Below are positions 1 through 14,400 of a stretch of DNA of 64,000 nt, in pieces. Below the pieces are notes generated by a model. That model was given only the letters and a program-made list of their open reading frames with translations, was not told the DNA's origin and searched no databases. Both the position numbers and the translations under genes were made by a program. This stretch comes from Cycas panzhihuaensis. Its lineage: Eukaryota; Plantae; Cycadophyta. The stretch is from positions 161,765,741 through 161,829,740 of the forward strand of contig CM041465.1 in assembly GCA_023213395.1 (NCBI GenBank). The letters run 5' to 3'. Numbering within the stretch: position 1 is the first letter of the stretch; every line of letters begins with the position of its first letter.

Positions 1-1153
1 TAAAAATCTTTATTTTCTTATTACACTCATTATCTACACCAACTTTTCACTTATAAAATTAATCAAATACATCAGACTTGTTCTTTAAAAAGAATAACCA
101 AGCTTTTCTACAATAATTATCTATAAACATAAGGATAAATCAAGTACTAGAAATAGAAGGATTAGATAGAGGATCCATGAAGTTAGTATTGATAAGTTTA
201 ACTTCTCCTTTGCTCTCCATGCACTATCCTTAGAAAATAGATAACGGTGGTGCTTTCTATACATATATCCTTCACAAACACCTCATGGCACTTAGGGAAA
301 ACCTACCACCATCTTTAATTTATTCATAAAGTTGATGCGTCTATAGTTAAGATGATCCAAATGCTCATGCTATAACTTAGTCATATTATTAGCACTAGCA
401 ATAAAAGCATAAGAATTATGTTAGGATCTAAATTTCTCAAACAACCAAAAGTTATTTTATACTCTTCTAATAGCAATAATAGAGGAATTTTTATTAAGCT
501 CCTTAACTATATATCTATTATTGTAAAGCTCAATTTTCATACCTTGTTTGTAAAGTTCTCAAGTAGAAAGAAGATTAAGCTTCATCTTAGACACAGTAAA
601 TACCACTAAACTTACCTCTTACAAGTAAAATAGAACCAACATCTTCTACAGGTAAAACATAAGCATCTCTAATAATCATATTAATATCACTTATACCTGC
701 ATCTATAACATCAAAGTTTTGCTTCTAAGAGGTGATGTATTTTTATGTACCAAAATCTAGGATCTAATAATCTTTTTAATTTAATTCAAATGATAACATT
801 AATACCCTAATACAGTGTGCCACTACACTTTTCCCCTTGTCATCTTGGTTAGCCTTGTGCTTATCCCATTTCTTAAACTCATAATTATTTTCTTTATGAC
901 CCCCTTTCTTATAGTAATTACACTTACCAATAAACTTTTTCTTCTCTTAAGAGGTCTCACATATTTTCTATGTAGACTTTCCCTCTTGAATAACAACCTT
1001 TCTTTATGTCCTCATGACCAAAACCTGATTTGAACTATAACTAATAAGCATTCTATGATACTTCAACTTGGCATACTATGCTAGAGTTAAGTTTCTCAGT
1101 GACTCAAATGATTCACCCTCCATAACTTCATTCCTTACATAGATAGTTTAGAG
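1..1153 (-). pseudogene. Degraded Ty1/copia gag C-terminus/protease/GAG-pre-integrase/integrase start of old element E0 (continues beyond window start)
   Basis: Colinear nucleotide similarity to E4, e.g. 290-420 matches 40750-40870 (LWHERLGHLNY region). Reads through into 16001-16310 when E1 is removed. Many stops. Confidence 0.8.
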
Positions 1154-1158
1154 GGTTC

Positions 1159-1483
1159 TGTGGGTTGCAGACAAGCAGAGCAGCACTACAACGAGTGCAT
1201 CTTGAGTTAACATATGATTTCCAAACAATGGCAGTGTTAAAAAATACCAGGGAGGCATTCCCACCCCATATATAGAAATTTAGGGAGGCAGCAAGCATCT
1301 CAATCGAAATAATTTTAAAAATTATAATTAACAAATATAACACATACCTTAAGAATGATTCGTTGACTAATGGTGACTTTAGGTGGCTAATATTTAACTT
1401 TAGGTACCCTAGGGAGCCTCAAAGATGGTTTTGAGGGGCCCTAGGTGCACATCCCCTTCGTCACATTGGGGATTATCCAAACA
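1159..1483 (-). repeat. E1 3' LTR
   Basis: TG...CA termini, direct repeat of 9149-9370/15847-15995, adjacent to PPT (CTTATGGGGGAGAA on the minus strand). Confidence 0.92.
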
Positions 1484-1509
1484 TTCTCCCCCATAAGCCC
1501 AATGTGAAT

Positions 1510-4500
1510 GACTCCCAAACTTTCTCTAAATTTTTAGAATTTGATTTTTCTCAGAGCCTTTATAAATATGTCTGTTGTCTAATCTTCAATGCTATAATAG
1601 ACTAACTCGATTTCTTTTACTTGTACTAGTTCCTGAATGAAATGGTATTGAGTCTTAATGTGTTTTGTTCTACCATGAAAGACCAGATTCTTTGGCATTT
1701 GGATGATGTTTTGATTGTCGCACCAAATTCTGGTGGGACCTTACTGTTTAATTTGGAAATCCTACAATAGTCTTCTTAACCAAATTGACTCATATGCACC
1801 TGCTAATGTGGATTTATATTCTGCCTTGGTTGTGGATAAGGAAATTATATTCTACTTCTTTGTACTCTATGCTATTGCTACTGATCCCATACTGAATATA
1901 TAACCCATAATAGATTTTCTATTATCAACATCTTCTACCTTGTCTAAATCTGTATAGCTAATCAATTAAAATTTGGAGGAAGCTTCGTAATATAGCCCTA
2001 AATCAAGAGTTTCTTTGAGATATCTAAGGATTCTCTTGGTTGCTCGCCAGTGAGAGGTCTTTGGATCCTGCATGAACCTAGATATACAACACTAACTAAG
2101 TGTGTTATATCTGGTTGGGTAGATGTCAAATATATTAAATTGCTAATAAGTTGTTTATAGAGTATTAGATCAACTGAAGTAGAGTCATCCATCTTAGAGA
2201 GTTTGATTCCTATTTCTAATGTGGTTGCCAATGGTTCACAATCTATCATTTTAAACCTTTGTAGTAGATCCAATATATATTTACGTTGGGAGATGAAAAT
2301 TCTCTTCTTATCTAAACTTCCAATCCTAAGAAGTAATGCATAAGACCTAAATCTATCATCTCGAATTCTTTATACATAACATCTTTGAATTGATGCAAGA
2401 GATGAGAATCATTTCCAGTATATACTAGGTCATCCACATAAAGACCTATAATTAAGATTAAACCTCCCTTGATTTGGATATACAAGTTTGGATCTGCCTA
2501 AGATCTTTCAAACCCTTGATCTCTAACATATTTGTCTATGCAGGAATACCAAGCCTTGGGTGTTTGTCTTATACTATATATCACCTTTTTTACTTTATAC
2601 ACTTTGTTCTCTTCCTCCCTAACTTCAAAACTAAGGGGTTGAGTGACATAGATATATTCTTTAATGTAGCCATTTAGGAAGGCACTCTTGACATCTATTT
2701 GATAAACTTTCCAACCCATTTGGGCTGCTAAACTCATCATCATTCGAACAGATTCCATTTGAGCAATATAGGTAAAAGTTTCTAAATAGTTTATACCTTC
2801 TTTTTGAGCATATCCCTTGGCAACCAATCCAGCCGTATACTTGTCAATGGAGCCATCTGAATGAAACTTAGTCTTATAGACCCATTTTGTACTAATAGTC
2901 TTCTTCATTATGGGCAAATCCACTAGTTCCCATGTATCATTCCTAATAATGGAGTTGTATCCACCTTCAATTGCTTTCTGCCAACATTCATGTTGATTAG
3001 CCTGAACAAAGGTTTCAGGCTCATGAGTCTCTAATACCTTGCTCATTAGGACAAAATTAACCCTATGTTAGCATGTGGATCTTCTATTATTATCCAAGAT
3101 GTCTCCCAAGTCATGATTTCAATAAGCCCATTTAGGTAGGTGTTGTGGTAGAGGTTGAGATGATGTTCCTTCCCCACTAGGTTCATTGATGCTTCTCCTA
3201 GAATTAAACATAGGAGGCACATGTTTGGACTTAAAAGATATATCAAATTTTATGGCAATATCCTTTTTCTTTTCTTGATTGTCTTGATAATATGTATTAT
3301 AACTTTTCTTGATTTGGGATCATATACCTTATATGACTTAGAAGTTTCACTATAACCAATGAAGATACATTTAACACTATGATCATTCCATTTTGATCTT
3401 CTTTGATCAGGAATATGGGTATAGGCAAGATATCCAAATACTCGTAGATGATGTATGCTTGGTTTATAATCAATCTAAGCTTCTTTTGGAGTTTTCCACC
3501 TAAGGGTTTTTGTGGAGTATCTATTAAGTAAATAAATAACTATGTGAACTATTTTTGCTAAAACTTCATGACCCAATTTCTTGTCTTTAAGCATATACCT
3601 TACCATTTTGACTATAGTTTAATTTTTTCTTTTTGCTACACCATTTTGTTATGGGGTATAAGGGTTAGTGAATTGTGTTCTAATTCCATTGTATACACAA
3701 TAGTCTTTGAATGTATTAGATGTAAACTCTCCCCCATTATCTAATCTTAGAGATAAAAGTTTGTATCTACTTTGTCACTCCACAAAGGTTTTGAAGTCAA
3801 CAAAGTGTTCGAAGACATCTGATTTACACTTGAGGAAGAATACCCATGTCTTCCTTATGAAGTCATCGATGAAAATAATGAAATATTTTGTACCTGCTAG
3901 AGAAGGAGTGTTCATAGGTCCACAAATATCTTTGTATACTAATTTAAGAGGACCTGATGCTTGATGACTATAATCTAGAAAGCTTTCTCTGTGATGTTTA
4001 CTAAGAAGATACCCTTCACATAAGTTTTTATTTACATTAATATGTGGTAAATCATTGACCATGTCCATTCATTTCATAAGGGCCAAGCTATTATAGTTGA
4101 GATGTCCAAACCTTCTATTCTACAAGTTACTATCTAAGGTAGTTGAAATTCTTAGGGCATATGTATTTGAAGGAGTGAGAATAAGTTTGAATAGGTGATC
4201 CTTGGTCATTTTCTCTTTGGCAACAATAGCTTTATTTCTCCTTTTGTCTTTGATAACACACTCACCATTGTTAAAAATCACTTTGTAGTCATGTCCCATC
4301 ATCTTCCCTACTGATAACAAGTTTTTCCTTAAAGTTGGGACATACAAGACATCATCTAGATGTCTATATTCTTCTATATCAATCATCAAGGTTATATTAC
4401 CTCTCCCAACTGATTCATGGGAGGTATTATCTCCAAACATAATGGATCCTTTTATGTTTTTGTCCAAGGTATGAAACAAATATTCTTTATGGGTCATATG

Positions 4501-5697
4501 AGTTGAGCATCCTGAATCGATATACCAGCTATCATCTTCTTCCTTCTTAATAGTAAAATTATATAGGAATAATTTATTATTGTCCTTTAACTTAGATGTA
4601 TTATGGGAATGTCCTCGAGTAGGGGGTCCATATTTTGAGAAATATTTATCTTCATTATGGCCACTTTTATCGCAATATGTACAATATAATAAATCTCTCT
4701 TTCTATAACTTAAGCTCCTACTTCTTGGATGAGATCGATCAATATTGAAGGATCTCCCATTTTCCTCATAAGGTTGAGGAGGGTTGTCTCTTGGTCTATT
4801 GTCATAATATTCTTGATTTGACCTTGAAGATTGAGGATTTCCTTGATAATTGGGACAACAAGTATGACTCTTAAATTGTCTCATTTAATTTATATGCCTT
4901 AGAGGGTTTTCATTTTGTTAGTGTCCTCCTTGCCTCTTTTGATGAGGGACTTGATATTTTAGAGAATCTTACCTAGTATCCCTTCTAAGATTCCTAAACT
5001 TTCTTCTTGGAGGTGATTCTTTTTGCCTTGAAGTTTCTGCTTAAGAGTTGGATTGGATATGAGTCTTTATGGGAAAGACATGTTCTAGAGACTCATTGAT
5101 ACTTTGTTATTCCTCTATGGATATAAGTATAACACTAAGCTATTCCACTTTTAAAGTGCTTAGATCCTTTGAAATACTTATACTAGTGACAACCATTTCA
5201 AAGCATCTAGCTGCACCAACACATCTAAGGATCTATTAAACTACCCTTTATTCTATTAGGGTATCTCCAAGAGACCTCATTTGGTTCACTATGTCTTGTA
5301 CTTTTGTCATAAACTCTGTTATAGATTCAGTGGACATCATGCGTAAGTTTTCAAACTTGCTCCTAAGATTCTAAAGTTTGGAAGAGGCTACTCCTTAATA
5401 TATTAACTGCAATGTATCCCAAGCTTCCTTTGATTTAATGGACTCACTAACACATAGGAATATATGATCTTTAAGTGCACAAAAGATAAGTGCCAAGGCT
5501 TCATTATCTTTCTTAACATTTTCCTTGTAGGTGGTTTTTTCTACATCAGATGGATTTTAACTTAGTTCATTATATCATGTCTTCATAATTTTCTATATTT
5601 CATTAGATATGAGGATGAGTCTCATCCTCCTACTCTAATTTAAGAAATTATTTCTGTCAAATTTGGGAATGATCATGTTGCTGAAACTAGAAGCCAT
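1510..5697 (-). pseudogene. E1 copia gag-pol polyprotein, disrupted
   Basis: Start MASSFSNMIIPKFDRNNF at 5697; zinc knuckle CTYCDKSGH; protease WYIDSGCSTHMT; integrase LVYKDICGP...IFIDDF; RT WVYKTK...YQIDVKSAFLNG; RNase H remnant. Many stops and frameshifts. Confidence 0.92.
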
Positions 5698-8600
5698 ATT
5701 GAACGAAGGTTTTTGTTGAACAAGGGTGACAAATAAGGATTAAGTTTATAAAAGTTAAATTTGAATTTAAAAAAGGATTTAAATTTGAAGTTTGAAAAGG
5801 TTTTGAGATTAAAATTTACACTAAGTTTAAATAACCCAAGATTTACCCAAAGTTTTAAAAAATGAACTAGTACTTAATAAGGCTACTAGGGTCTAAGTTT
5901 AGGGTTCTCCTAGCAAAACCTTCGGTTGCTATCCTGTCTAGTGGTACCTTCCCATAAATGGTAAAATATGGACCTAATATACTGGTACATGAGCTTAAGG
6001 CTCTATATACCTCAGCATACAGGCTGCTAAGAAGGCTCTTATACCCCTCTTAAATTGTGGATCCACCTAAGCTAGACTTATGCCTAACGACAGATCTAAT
6101 AGTGAAGGTTACTTGAACCAAGGCACTCACCCTCTCTAGGTCTAGCCTTAGTCTCTAAACACTAAATAGGAAAAGGTTTTACACCTCAGTCTGCCACTGA
6201 ATACACCTGATAGCTAATGGTTATCCTTATCTAATATGAGTAGGACAATTAGCGTCTACAAGGTGGTAACTTTAGGGGTCTTAATCATTCCCTTTACAAG
6301 GCTGAAAAATAGAGATGGTTCAATTCAAGATTTATCTTTTTAATGTGAAAAATAAATTAATCAATGATGTGGTCTTGCTTAGGGTTTTGAAGGGTTCCTT
6401 TTATACAAAAAGAAATAACTTAAAAAAAGGATAATATCCACTAAGAAAGATTTGAACAAATGATATAATAAATTCTTTAAATAAATATATAAGTAATAAC
6501 TTTTCTTAATAAACCAAAAAAAATATCAATATACAAACTAATGCCTTTGAAATGCTCTTTTGAAAATAAAGTATACAAGCAACTATATGCAACTTTTATA
6601 AGTGAAGCAATGAATCAATGAAGCTTCCAATATTTGAATGGACTTAAATCAATAATGTCAAGTGAACTATTAATGCATAAAATAGACAAGAAAATACTTG
6701 TAATTATGCCATTGCTATGTACTTCTTAAAAATATGCCTTTAGAATAAATTAGAAAGCTTCTTGACTAATGAACCAATGAACTTTAGGATGTATGAAGAT
6801 GATTACAAATATTCTTTGAAATAAAATGAATAAATAGCAAGAAGCTCCTTTGTAAGTTTATAAGTAAACTAGGTATAATCTTTCTTGTAAATTAAATAAG
6901 GCCTTTAACCATACAAATTTGAAATAAAATTGCCCCTGATGATGAAAAAATATAGAAAATCAACATGATTCTTTTATATAAACTTGAATTTTTAAAAAAT
7001 AAAGAGTAGCTTTGAGCAAAAGAAATGAGTTGTTTTAATACAAAAATGAGTAGTTATTCCTTTGAAAATAGTAAAAAATAAGAAACTGAAATACAATTTT
7101 GCTCTTAATGATAGAAATGCTTAAAAGAAGATAACTTTCTTATAGAAAATGAATAATCAGAATGTAAAGAAGTACATGTTTGATTAAATAGCTACTATTA
7201 GCTTGAAGAACTAGTTTTTTGCTACAAAAGAAAACTTGAAAATGCAAACAAGAGATGATAAAAACTTCAAGAATGAGCTATTAGCAAACAATAAATTAGT
7301 TGTAACCTTTTGAGATCATATAATGTATGAAAAGTTACAAAGTGATAATGATAAGGATTGAATAAGAAGCTAAAAATAAGTTGCTTCAAAAAACTACTAA
7401 ATGAACTCAAAATTAAATGAAATCTATCTTGAATTGAAGAATATCAAATTAGTTTTCCAACAGATCCAACCGTTCAAAAATTTGACTTCTATAAATCAAG
7501 ATTTTAATTAGTAAGTGCAAGGACCCCTTTATGGGCTTAAAATAGTACTACAAGATAAAAATGTTATTAAACCAGAATATAACCTTATAAAAGGTATAAA
7601 AAGAGTTCACTTATAAATAGAAGACCTTTAAATCTAAATTATTTCAAAAGAAACTTGAAGAAAAACTTCAAAAATTACTGATTAGTAAGTAGTTAACCTT
7701 GATACAATATGTTCACTTCAACAGCTTATAATAACTACAAAAAGACTTCAAAATGCTTAAGAGATTATGTCAGTATGAAGAGATCTAAGTCAGCTTTCTA
7801 GTGAAGTTAATAGATCAAAAAATAGGTTCCAAACAAGGAAGATATAGCCAAAATGGTAAAGTGGCCTCTTTATGTTTAATAAACTAAAAGCTAAAAAAAG
7901 AGGTGATTTTAGATCATTAAAAGCCAATTAAATCATATCCAAACTAGAAAGTGACTAGTGTATAATGTAGCTCTCGAAAATACGGTCGTAATGGAACTAG
8001 TTTTATCAAAAACTGGTACTCCAATGAGAAGTTGAGACTAAAAATGCGTTAGGTACCCTTTAGAGGAAAAATAAATAAAAAACAATAAAAAGGAAATTTT
8101 TATAAGGTTAAGTTAGCCCTTTTTAATAAAAGCAAAGGGTCACATGGAAGTGACGAGACTGGGGGCTAGCACTTGAGGGGGTTTATTGCCTTTATAAAAG
8201 GAATTGAAATATTATAAAATATATTTAAATTTTTATAAACCTTTATTAATATTATTAATTAACATAAACAAAGTTGAATTAAAATGGCGACCTGTGCAAT
8301 GAGAATTGGAGGAAACAAAGGTAAAAAAAAAGTGTTGATCAGATCAATTCACAATGCAGGGAGAGCGGCAGCTTATCTATGAGCTAAATCAAGCTAGAGA
8401 CTATGAAAAAGAAAAAAAAAAAATATATATATATATATATATTATAAAGAAAAAGAAGAATGGAAGTGGTGCACAGTGAACAGAGAGCATACAACACATG
8501 AAAAGAGATGAAATAGCCTTTGTAAATCATAGATCTATGTGAGAATAGGTAGGCAGGAGGCACTTGTATAATGCAAATAGGATTCTACAAAAAAATTTCA

Positions 8601-9135
8601 AAAAAAATTGTAGAAATTAAAGAAAACTGATGAAAAACTTGAGAAAATGGAGCTGAATCAACTTAGGTGATCAAATCTCACCATAGAGGAAACAAATTAA
8701 TGCAAAATTTTAGGAGCAACTAGATGTATAAGATAGCTAAGCATTAGTAAATTTTTGTGCTAAACAAAGCTTTGTGGAGTGAAAATGAAGTAGGTGAGTG
8801 AATCGGGTTCTAAACAGAGAACTGAGACTCAAAAAGAGATTTCTCTCAGAATACGCAACTAAATCATGAACAGCTTTCACCACTGGCTAGAGGATTCAAT
8901 TTTTATCATAATAAGCAATCATGTGAGATAGTTTCATTCAAAGACTGAGAAGTTGGAATCGATCAAAAATAATAGAATGACGTGGGTAATCATACGAAAA
9001 AATATATAAACAGAAAATCAAATATATAAACATCGATTTTATAAAGTTGAACCTTATTATATCAAAATTTATTTACATATCAAAATAATCAAGCCATGAA
9101 ATTAAATGATTGCATGCCAACTGCCAACCAGGTCA

Positions 9136-9146
9136 CTCTGATACCA
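9136..9146 (-). promoter_or_regulatory. E1 primer-binding site (tRNA-iMet)
   Basis: TGGTATCAGAG on the minus strand, 2 nt after the LTR end. Confidence 0.9.
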
Positions 9147-10040
9147 AATGTGGGTTGCAAAGGAGCAGAGTGGGACTATAATAAGTGCATATTAAGTTAA
9201 CATATAATTTCTAAACAATGACAGTGTTAAAAAAACACCAAGGATGCATTTCCACCCCATATATAGAAATTTAGGGAGGCAATAAATACCTCAACTTGAT
9301 TTGCACATTAGCCAAAATAATTCAAAAATAATATTAAAAATTGTAATTAATAAATATAACACATACCTTAGAAGTGAAGCAAAGGTGATTCTGGTTGCAG
9401 ACTAGGGTTTATTGGAATGAGTGGCAGCGCATGGAGATCCGAAGATCAGGACGCTATACCGTCGTTTGAAAGGCCGAACGATCGCCCAGTGTGCCTAAAT
9501 CGCCTAGGGTGTGCTATCCCCATGATTTAGCCGTGATGGAAGGCAGACCGGCTGTGAAGGAAGACTGGCACCATTTGGAGGAATACAGGCCATGCATCAA
9601 ACTACGCAAAGGCGTCAAAACGAGAGGCATACAGAGGCTGCAAACCTGGGTCTTCCCAGAATGGGTAGTGGTGCATGGAGACCTGAACATCTGGATTCTT
9701 TAGCATCCTTCGTCAAAGGCCGTCACCGCACTGCTTAGGGTTTACAATGGGGTGATTTATCCCCACGAGCTAGCTACGTTGGAAGGAAGGCCAGCTGTGA
9801 AGGAAGGCAGGCCCTATTTGGAGGAAGACAGGCCATGCAAAAAGACAGACAGTGAAGGAAGACAGGTTCTATTTGGTGATGGTGGACGCCCAAAGGAGAA
9901 CAGGAACGACATCCTCTCGATTTGGGTGAAGATTGATAAAATAAAGAGGATGTTAGAGATTGAGTCGGTGCCAAGGGCCATGGTATGTTCATGTTTACTC
10001 TGCTTGGGATTTTTCTCTTGTAGTTTATAATCTCTTAAAT

Positions 10041-11490
10041 ATGGAAAAGGACCATAATTCTCAAAACTGGAACCAGAACTCTAACCTGTCACCAGAGAGA
10101 TCCTACCGCGATGTTCTGAAAACAAATGAGGAGGAAACATTTGACTTAATACCCGTGATTCAGGATAATAAGGTTAGACTGAAAATCCCCCAGGCCCTAG
10201 TGGAGAAAACTGAGAAATATTGGGAGAACTACCTTGTTGGCAGATTCTCTGGACCGAGACCGAGTCTGGAAACCATCAGGAACAGGATGAGGACAAAATG
10301 GAAAACAGTGGGCAACATGGAAGTAATAGACATGCCTAAGGGCTGTATGCTATTTAAATTTCCTTCTTATGAGGACATGTCCAGTATTCTCTTAAGGGCC
10401 CCATGGATGCTTGGCAGGAAGGCCTTATCTCTCAAGAAATGGCACAGGGATTTTGATCCCTCTGTTCTCAAAATCAGACAAGCTCCTATATGGATTCAAC
10501 TTCCAGGTCTTCCCTTACATCACTGGAACCCTGAAGTACTCAAAGGTATTGCAAAAGCAGTGGGTCCTCTCTTAGCAATTGACTCTGTGACGAAGAATAG
10601 AAGCAGACTCATAAATGCTAGATTCTGCACCCTGGTCCAGATTGATAAACCCCTCTTGGATGACATATGGATGGACACAGTGGATGGGATCTGGGCACAG
10701 CCATTGATCTATGAGATAGAGCATTTTAGATGCTCCACCTGTGGGAACCTGGGACATCTGTCCTAAAAGTGCCCAGGTGTGTAGCTCTCAAAGGATGAGA
10801 AACAAGAGGTTCCCTTAGAGACAAATTCCCAAGAGGCTTCGAAGAAGGTAAGGGAGGAAGGGCAGGCAATAGAATGCCTAGGCCAAACGGAGGCTGTTGA
10901 GGCTTCTCATCTAAACCTGGATTTTAACCCCAATGAGGAAGACACGCTCTTAGAGGAAGGAGAGCAGGTAGTACAAGTTCTAGCGGCCCCGGGGAGCGCA
11001 GTTGGTAGGGATGGCATGGGGCCCTCTATCCCAGTTGGGGCCGCTTCTTCAGCCCAATTTACTTTAACACGTATGCCCAAACCACAGAGGAGATAGGGTA
11101 TGGAGGTGGTGCTGGGATTGGGTTTGCCTCCCCTATTTGGAAAGGGCTCCTCTTGATCTTCAAGAGAAGACAAGAACATCAGAGAACCGAGGCGGTGGGC
11201 GGGGCAGAAGGGTTTATGATGTCCACTTCAGAGGACCTAGGGATGCCAGGCCTAGATACCTTTCCACAACCAGTTATGTCCCAAAAGAAGCAACCGGATG
11301 TGGGCACTGAGAAGAGGGTGGGGAGGCCACCTTCAAAACTGCAAAGAGAGAAAGAAATGGCTGCCCAGGTAGATTAAGGCAACTAGAAAACTTTAAAAGA
11401 CATCTTCATAGAAGGGCCCAATCTTAGATCTAGAGCAGAAGGCAGAGATCCATCGAAAGGCAAAGCCGCTGAAGTCTAGAAGCAAAGGAA
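10041..11490 (+). pseudogene. LINE ORF1 (DUF4283-like domain plus CCHC zinc knuckle), disrupted
   Basis: LVGRFSG...APWMLGRKALSLKKW...PIWIQLPGLPLHHW...IGxAVG-type motif, and CSTCGNLGHLS*KC knuckle interrupted by a stop. The 3' end is approximate. Confidence 0.88.
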
Positions 11491-11496
11491 GAAAAT

Positions 11497-14400
11497 ATGA
11501 AAATTATATCATGGAATATCAAGGGACTTAATGCCCCCTCGAAATAGAGAATTATTAGGGACATGAGGAATAGATACCACCTAGACTTGATGCTCTTACA
11601 GGAAACTAAGCTAAGCAAGAAGAACGAACCAAGGATCAGGAATAAAATTTGGAAGAGCGTCGAAGGTATAGAGATCAACTATGCCCAAGGAGATGGGGGC
11701 TTAATGGTGATGTGGAATTCGTTGACATGGTCGGGAGAAATCTTTCTAGCTGAGGAATCCTTTATATCGGTATGGTTAACAAATAAAAGTAACAACCATA
11801 AATGGCTAGCCACAAACGTCTATGCCCCAAATCTTCAGGAGGCCAGGAAGAGGCTTTGGTATAGATTACTGGAGGGCCACAGGGACTACCGAGAACCATG
11901 GCTGCTAACGGGGGACTTTAACTTGACGTTGTGTCTAAGGGATAAGAGAGGTGGCACTGGTGGGTGGACAAGTAGTATGAGTAAGTTCAGTGACTTCCTA
12001 CAGCAGGGGGGCTTGGAGGATGTTAAGCTCAGGGGAGCTTCATTTACCTGGTCTAATAAGCATCTGGGGAATGATTTAATTCAAATCAAATTGAATAGGG
12101 TGCTGGTCAACTTTGATTGGATGAGGTGCTTTAAGGACTTCACCCTGGAGGCTTTGCCAAGGATAAGTTCTGACCATTCACCTCTCTTGTTACAATTTTC
12201 AGATCAGGGTAAATATATTAGATCCCCCTTCAGGTTTGAACTAATGTGGCTTCAACACCCTAATTTTTGAAAGAGGATTGAGGAATGGTGGGGAGTTTAA
12301 ACTTGAGACCACGCAATGTATAGATTTTCAAAGAAGTTAGATTGGGTCAAAAGACAAGTAAAGGTATGGAACAAGGAAGTTTTTCAAAACATCCACGAAC
12401 TGAAGGACAAAACCATCTGTGACTTGAAAGAAATAGAGGATCGGATCCAACAGGAGGGTAGATCCCCATAGCTAGATAAGATAGAGAAGGAACTGGCTGA
12501 GAACCTGGAGGAGATTCTCATCAGAGAGGAAATCCATTGGAGACAAAAATCCAGGGCACTATGGCTGGCCGAAGGCGATAGAAATACTAAATTTTTCCAT
12601 ATGACCACAGCTAAACATAGAGCGAGTAATAGAATTAATTATCTTCAAAAGGAAGATGGCTTAGTAGTAAGTTTGATAGAAGGTATGAAGGAGTTGGCTA
12701 GTGAATACTTCAAGGACTTATATACTAAACCGTTGGATGGTGATAAGGACAGAAGGAAGGATTTCCTAAATAACATCTCCAGTATGGTGAATGAAGTACA
12801 AAATGCTCAGCTGATAGCTCTGTTCACCTAGGATGAAATTAAGGTGACTCTCTTTGGCATGAAGAAAGATAAAGCTCCAGGCCCCAATGGATTCCCCCTG
12901 GGGTTTTTCCAGGAATTTTGGGATATTATCAAGGAGGACCTCATGGAAGCTCTGCAGGATTTTTATGTAAATAAAAAGATTCTGCAAGAATGGCATACCA
13001 TATTCCTCATTCTCATCCCTAAGAAAGAAGGGGCAAAAAGAATGGAAGAGTATCACCCTATTAGCCTCTGCAATGTTAAATACAAGATTATAACCAAAGT
13101 CTTGGTCAATAGACTAAAGAATATTATGCCAAATATCATCTCTCATAATCAAGACGGTTTTCTCTGGGGCAGATAGATCTATGATGGTTATATAGTAGTT
13201 CACGAAACAATCCACTCAGCCGCAGAAAGGAAGGAGCCCACAATGCTCATCAAGATTGACCTCACGAAGGCCTTCGATAAGGTCTCCTGGGAGTGCTTGC
13301 TAGATTGTCTAGAGGCATTTGGCTTTGGGGAACCTTGGCGGTCCTAGATTAAGCTGTGTATTGGCAATCCACAATTCTCTGTTATTATCAATGGTTCATC
13401 TTCCAGTTTTTTCTCAGGTTTTAGGGGGCTGAGACAGGGTGATCCACTTTCTCCCTTCCTATACATTACGATGGCTGAATTATTGGGCAGAACCATAGAG
13501 TCAGCTAGGAGGCAAGGGATTATAAACAACATTAAACTGACATCAGGAGTGGATAATGTGGCCCACCACTAATTCATGGACGATAACATCTTCTTAGGGA
13601 AGGTTGCTATAAGAGAGGTATCTAAATTTAAGGAGATCTTGGGGCAATTTAAGAAGGTCACGAACCAGAAGATAAGTTTGAACAAGAGTAATATTTACTT
13701 CATAAATACCCTAGGCCGAACCCAAGGTAAGATCAACAAGATTCTAGGGATGGGTATCAAGAAGCTCCCCACAACTTACCTTAGTTGCCTCTCTTTATTG
13801 GGAAGATGACCAAAGAAATGTGGAATCCCCTTATCGATAGGATGCAAAGGAAGTTGGTAGGTTGGAAAGGTTCCCTCTTAAGTTTAGCAAGGAAGTTCTA
13901 GCTAGTTGCTTCTATGCTTCAGAGCATCCCTATCTTTTGGATGTCCATCTTTAGACTACTGCTTGGAATCTCTGACATTATCGAATCTATTTAGAAGAGA
14001 TTCCTTTGGTATGGGGAAGAAAACAAGGATAGGATACATCTGGTGAGCTGGAGTAAAGTATGTACTCTGAAATGGGCTGGCGGCCTCAATCTCAGAAGGA
14101 TTCCATCCTTCAATATCGCTCTCGGAGCAAAGTTGGGCTAGCGATTAATGAAAGGAGGAGAGAGACTATGGGTGAAGATCCTTTCAAGAAAATATATTCA
14201 AGGTGGCTCCCTCATAGAAAATATTACATCGCCGGTTGGTTCAACCATCTAGAGGAGCATTCTTAAAGCTTGGAAAGCTATCAAGGACAGCCTGAAATGG
14301 AGATTGGGTGATGGCAACTCCATAAGGTTTTGGGAGGATGCGTGGTGTTGTGACAAAGCTCTAAAGAAATACCCAGACCTGGAGCCTATCATGAGTCCTT

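Noticed and set aside
9983-10023. GTATGT...TTGTAG intron in the LINE 5' UTR
   Set aside because: Only 41 nt, shorter than typical plant introns, and there is no transcript evidence.
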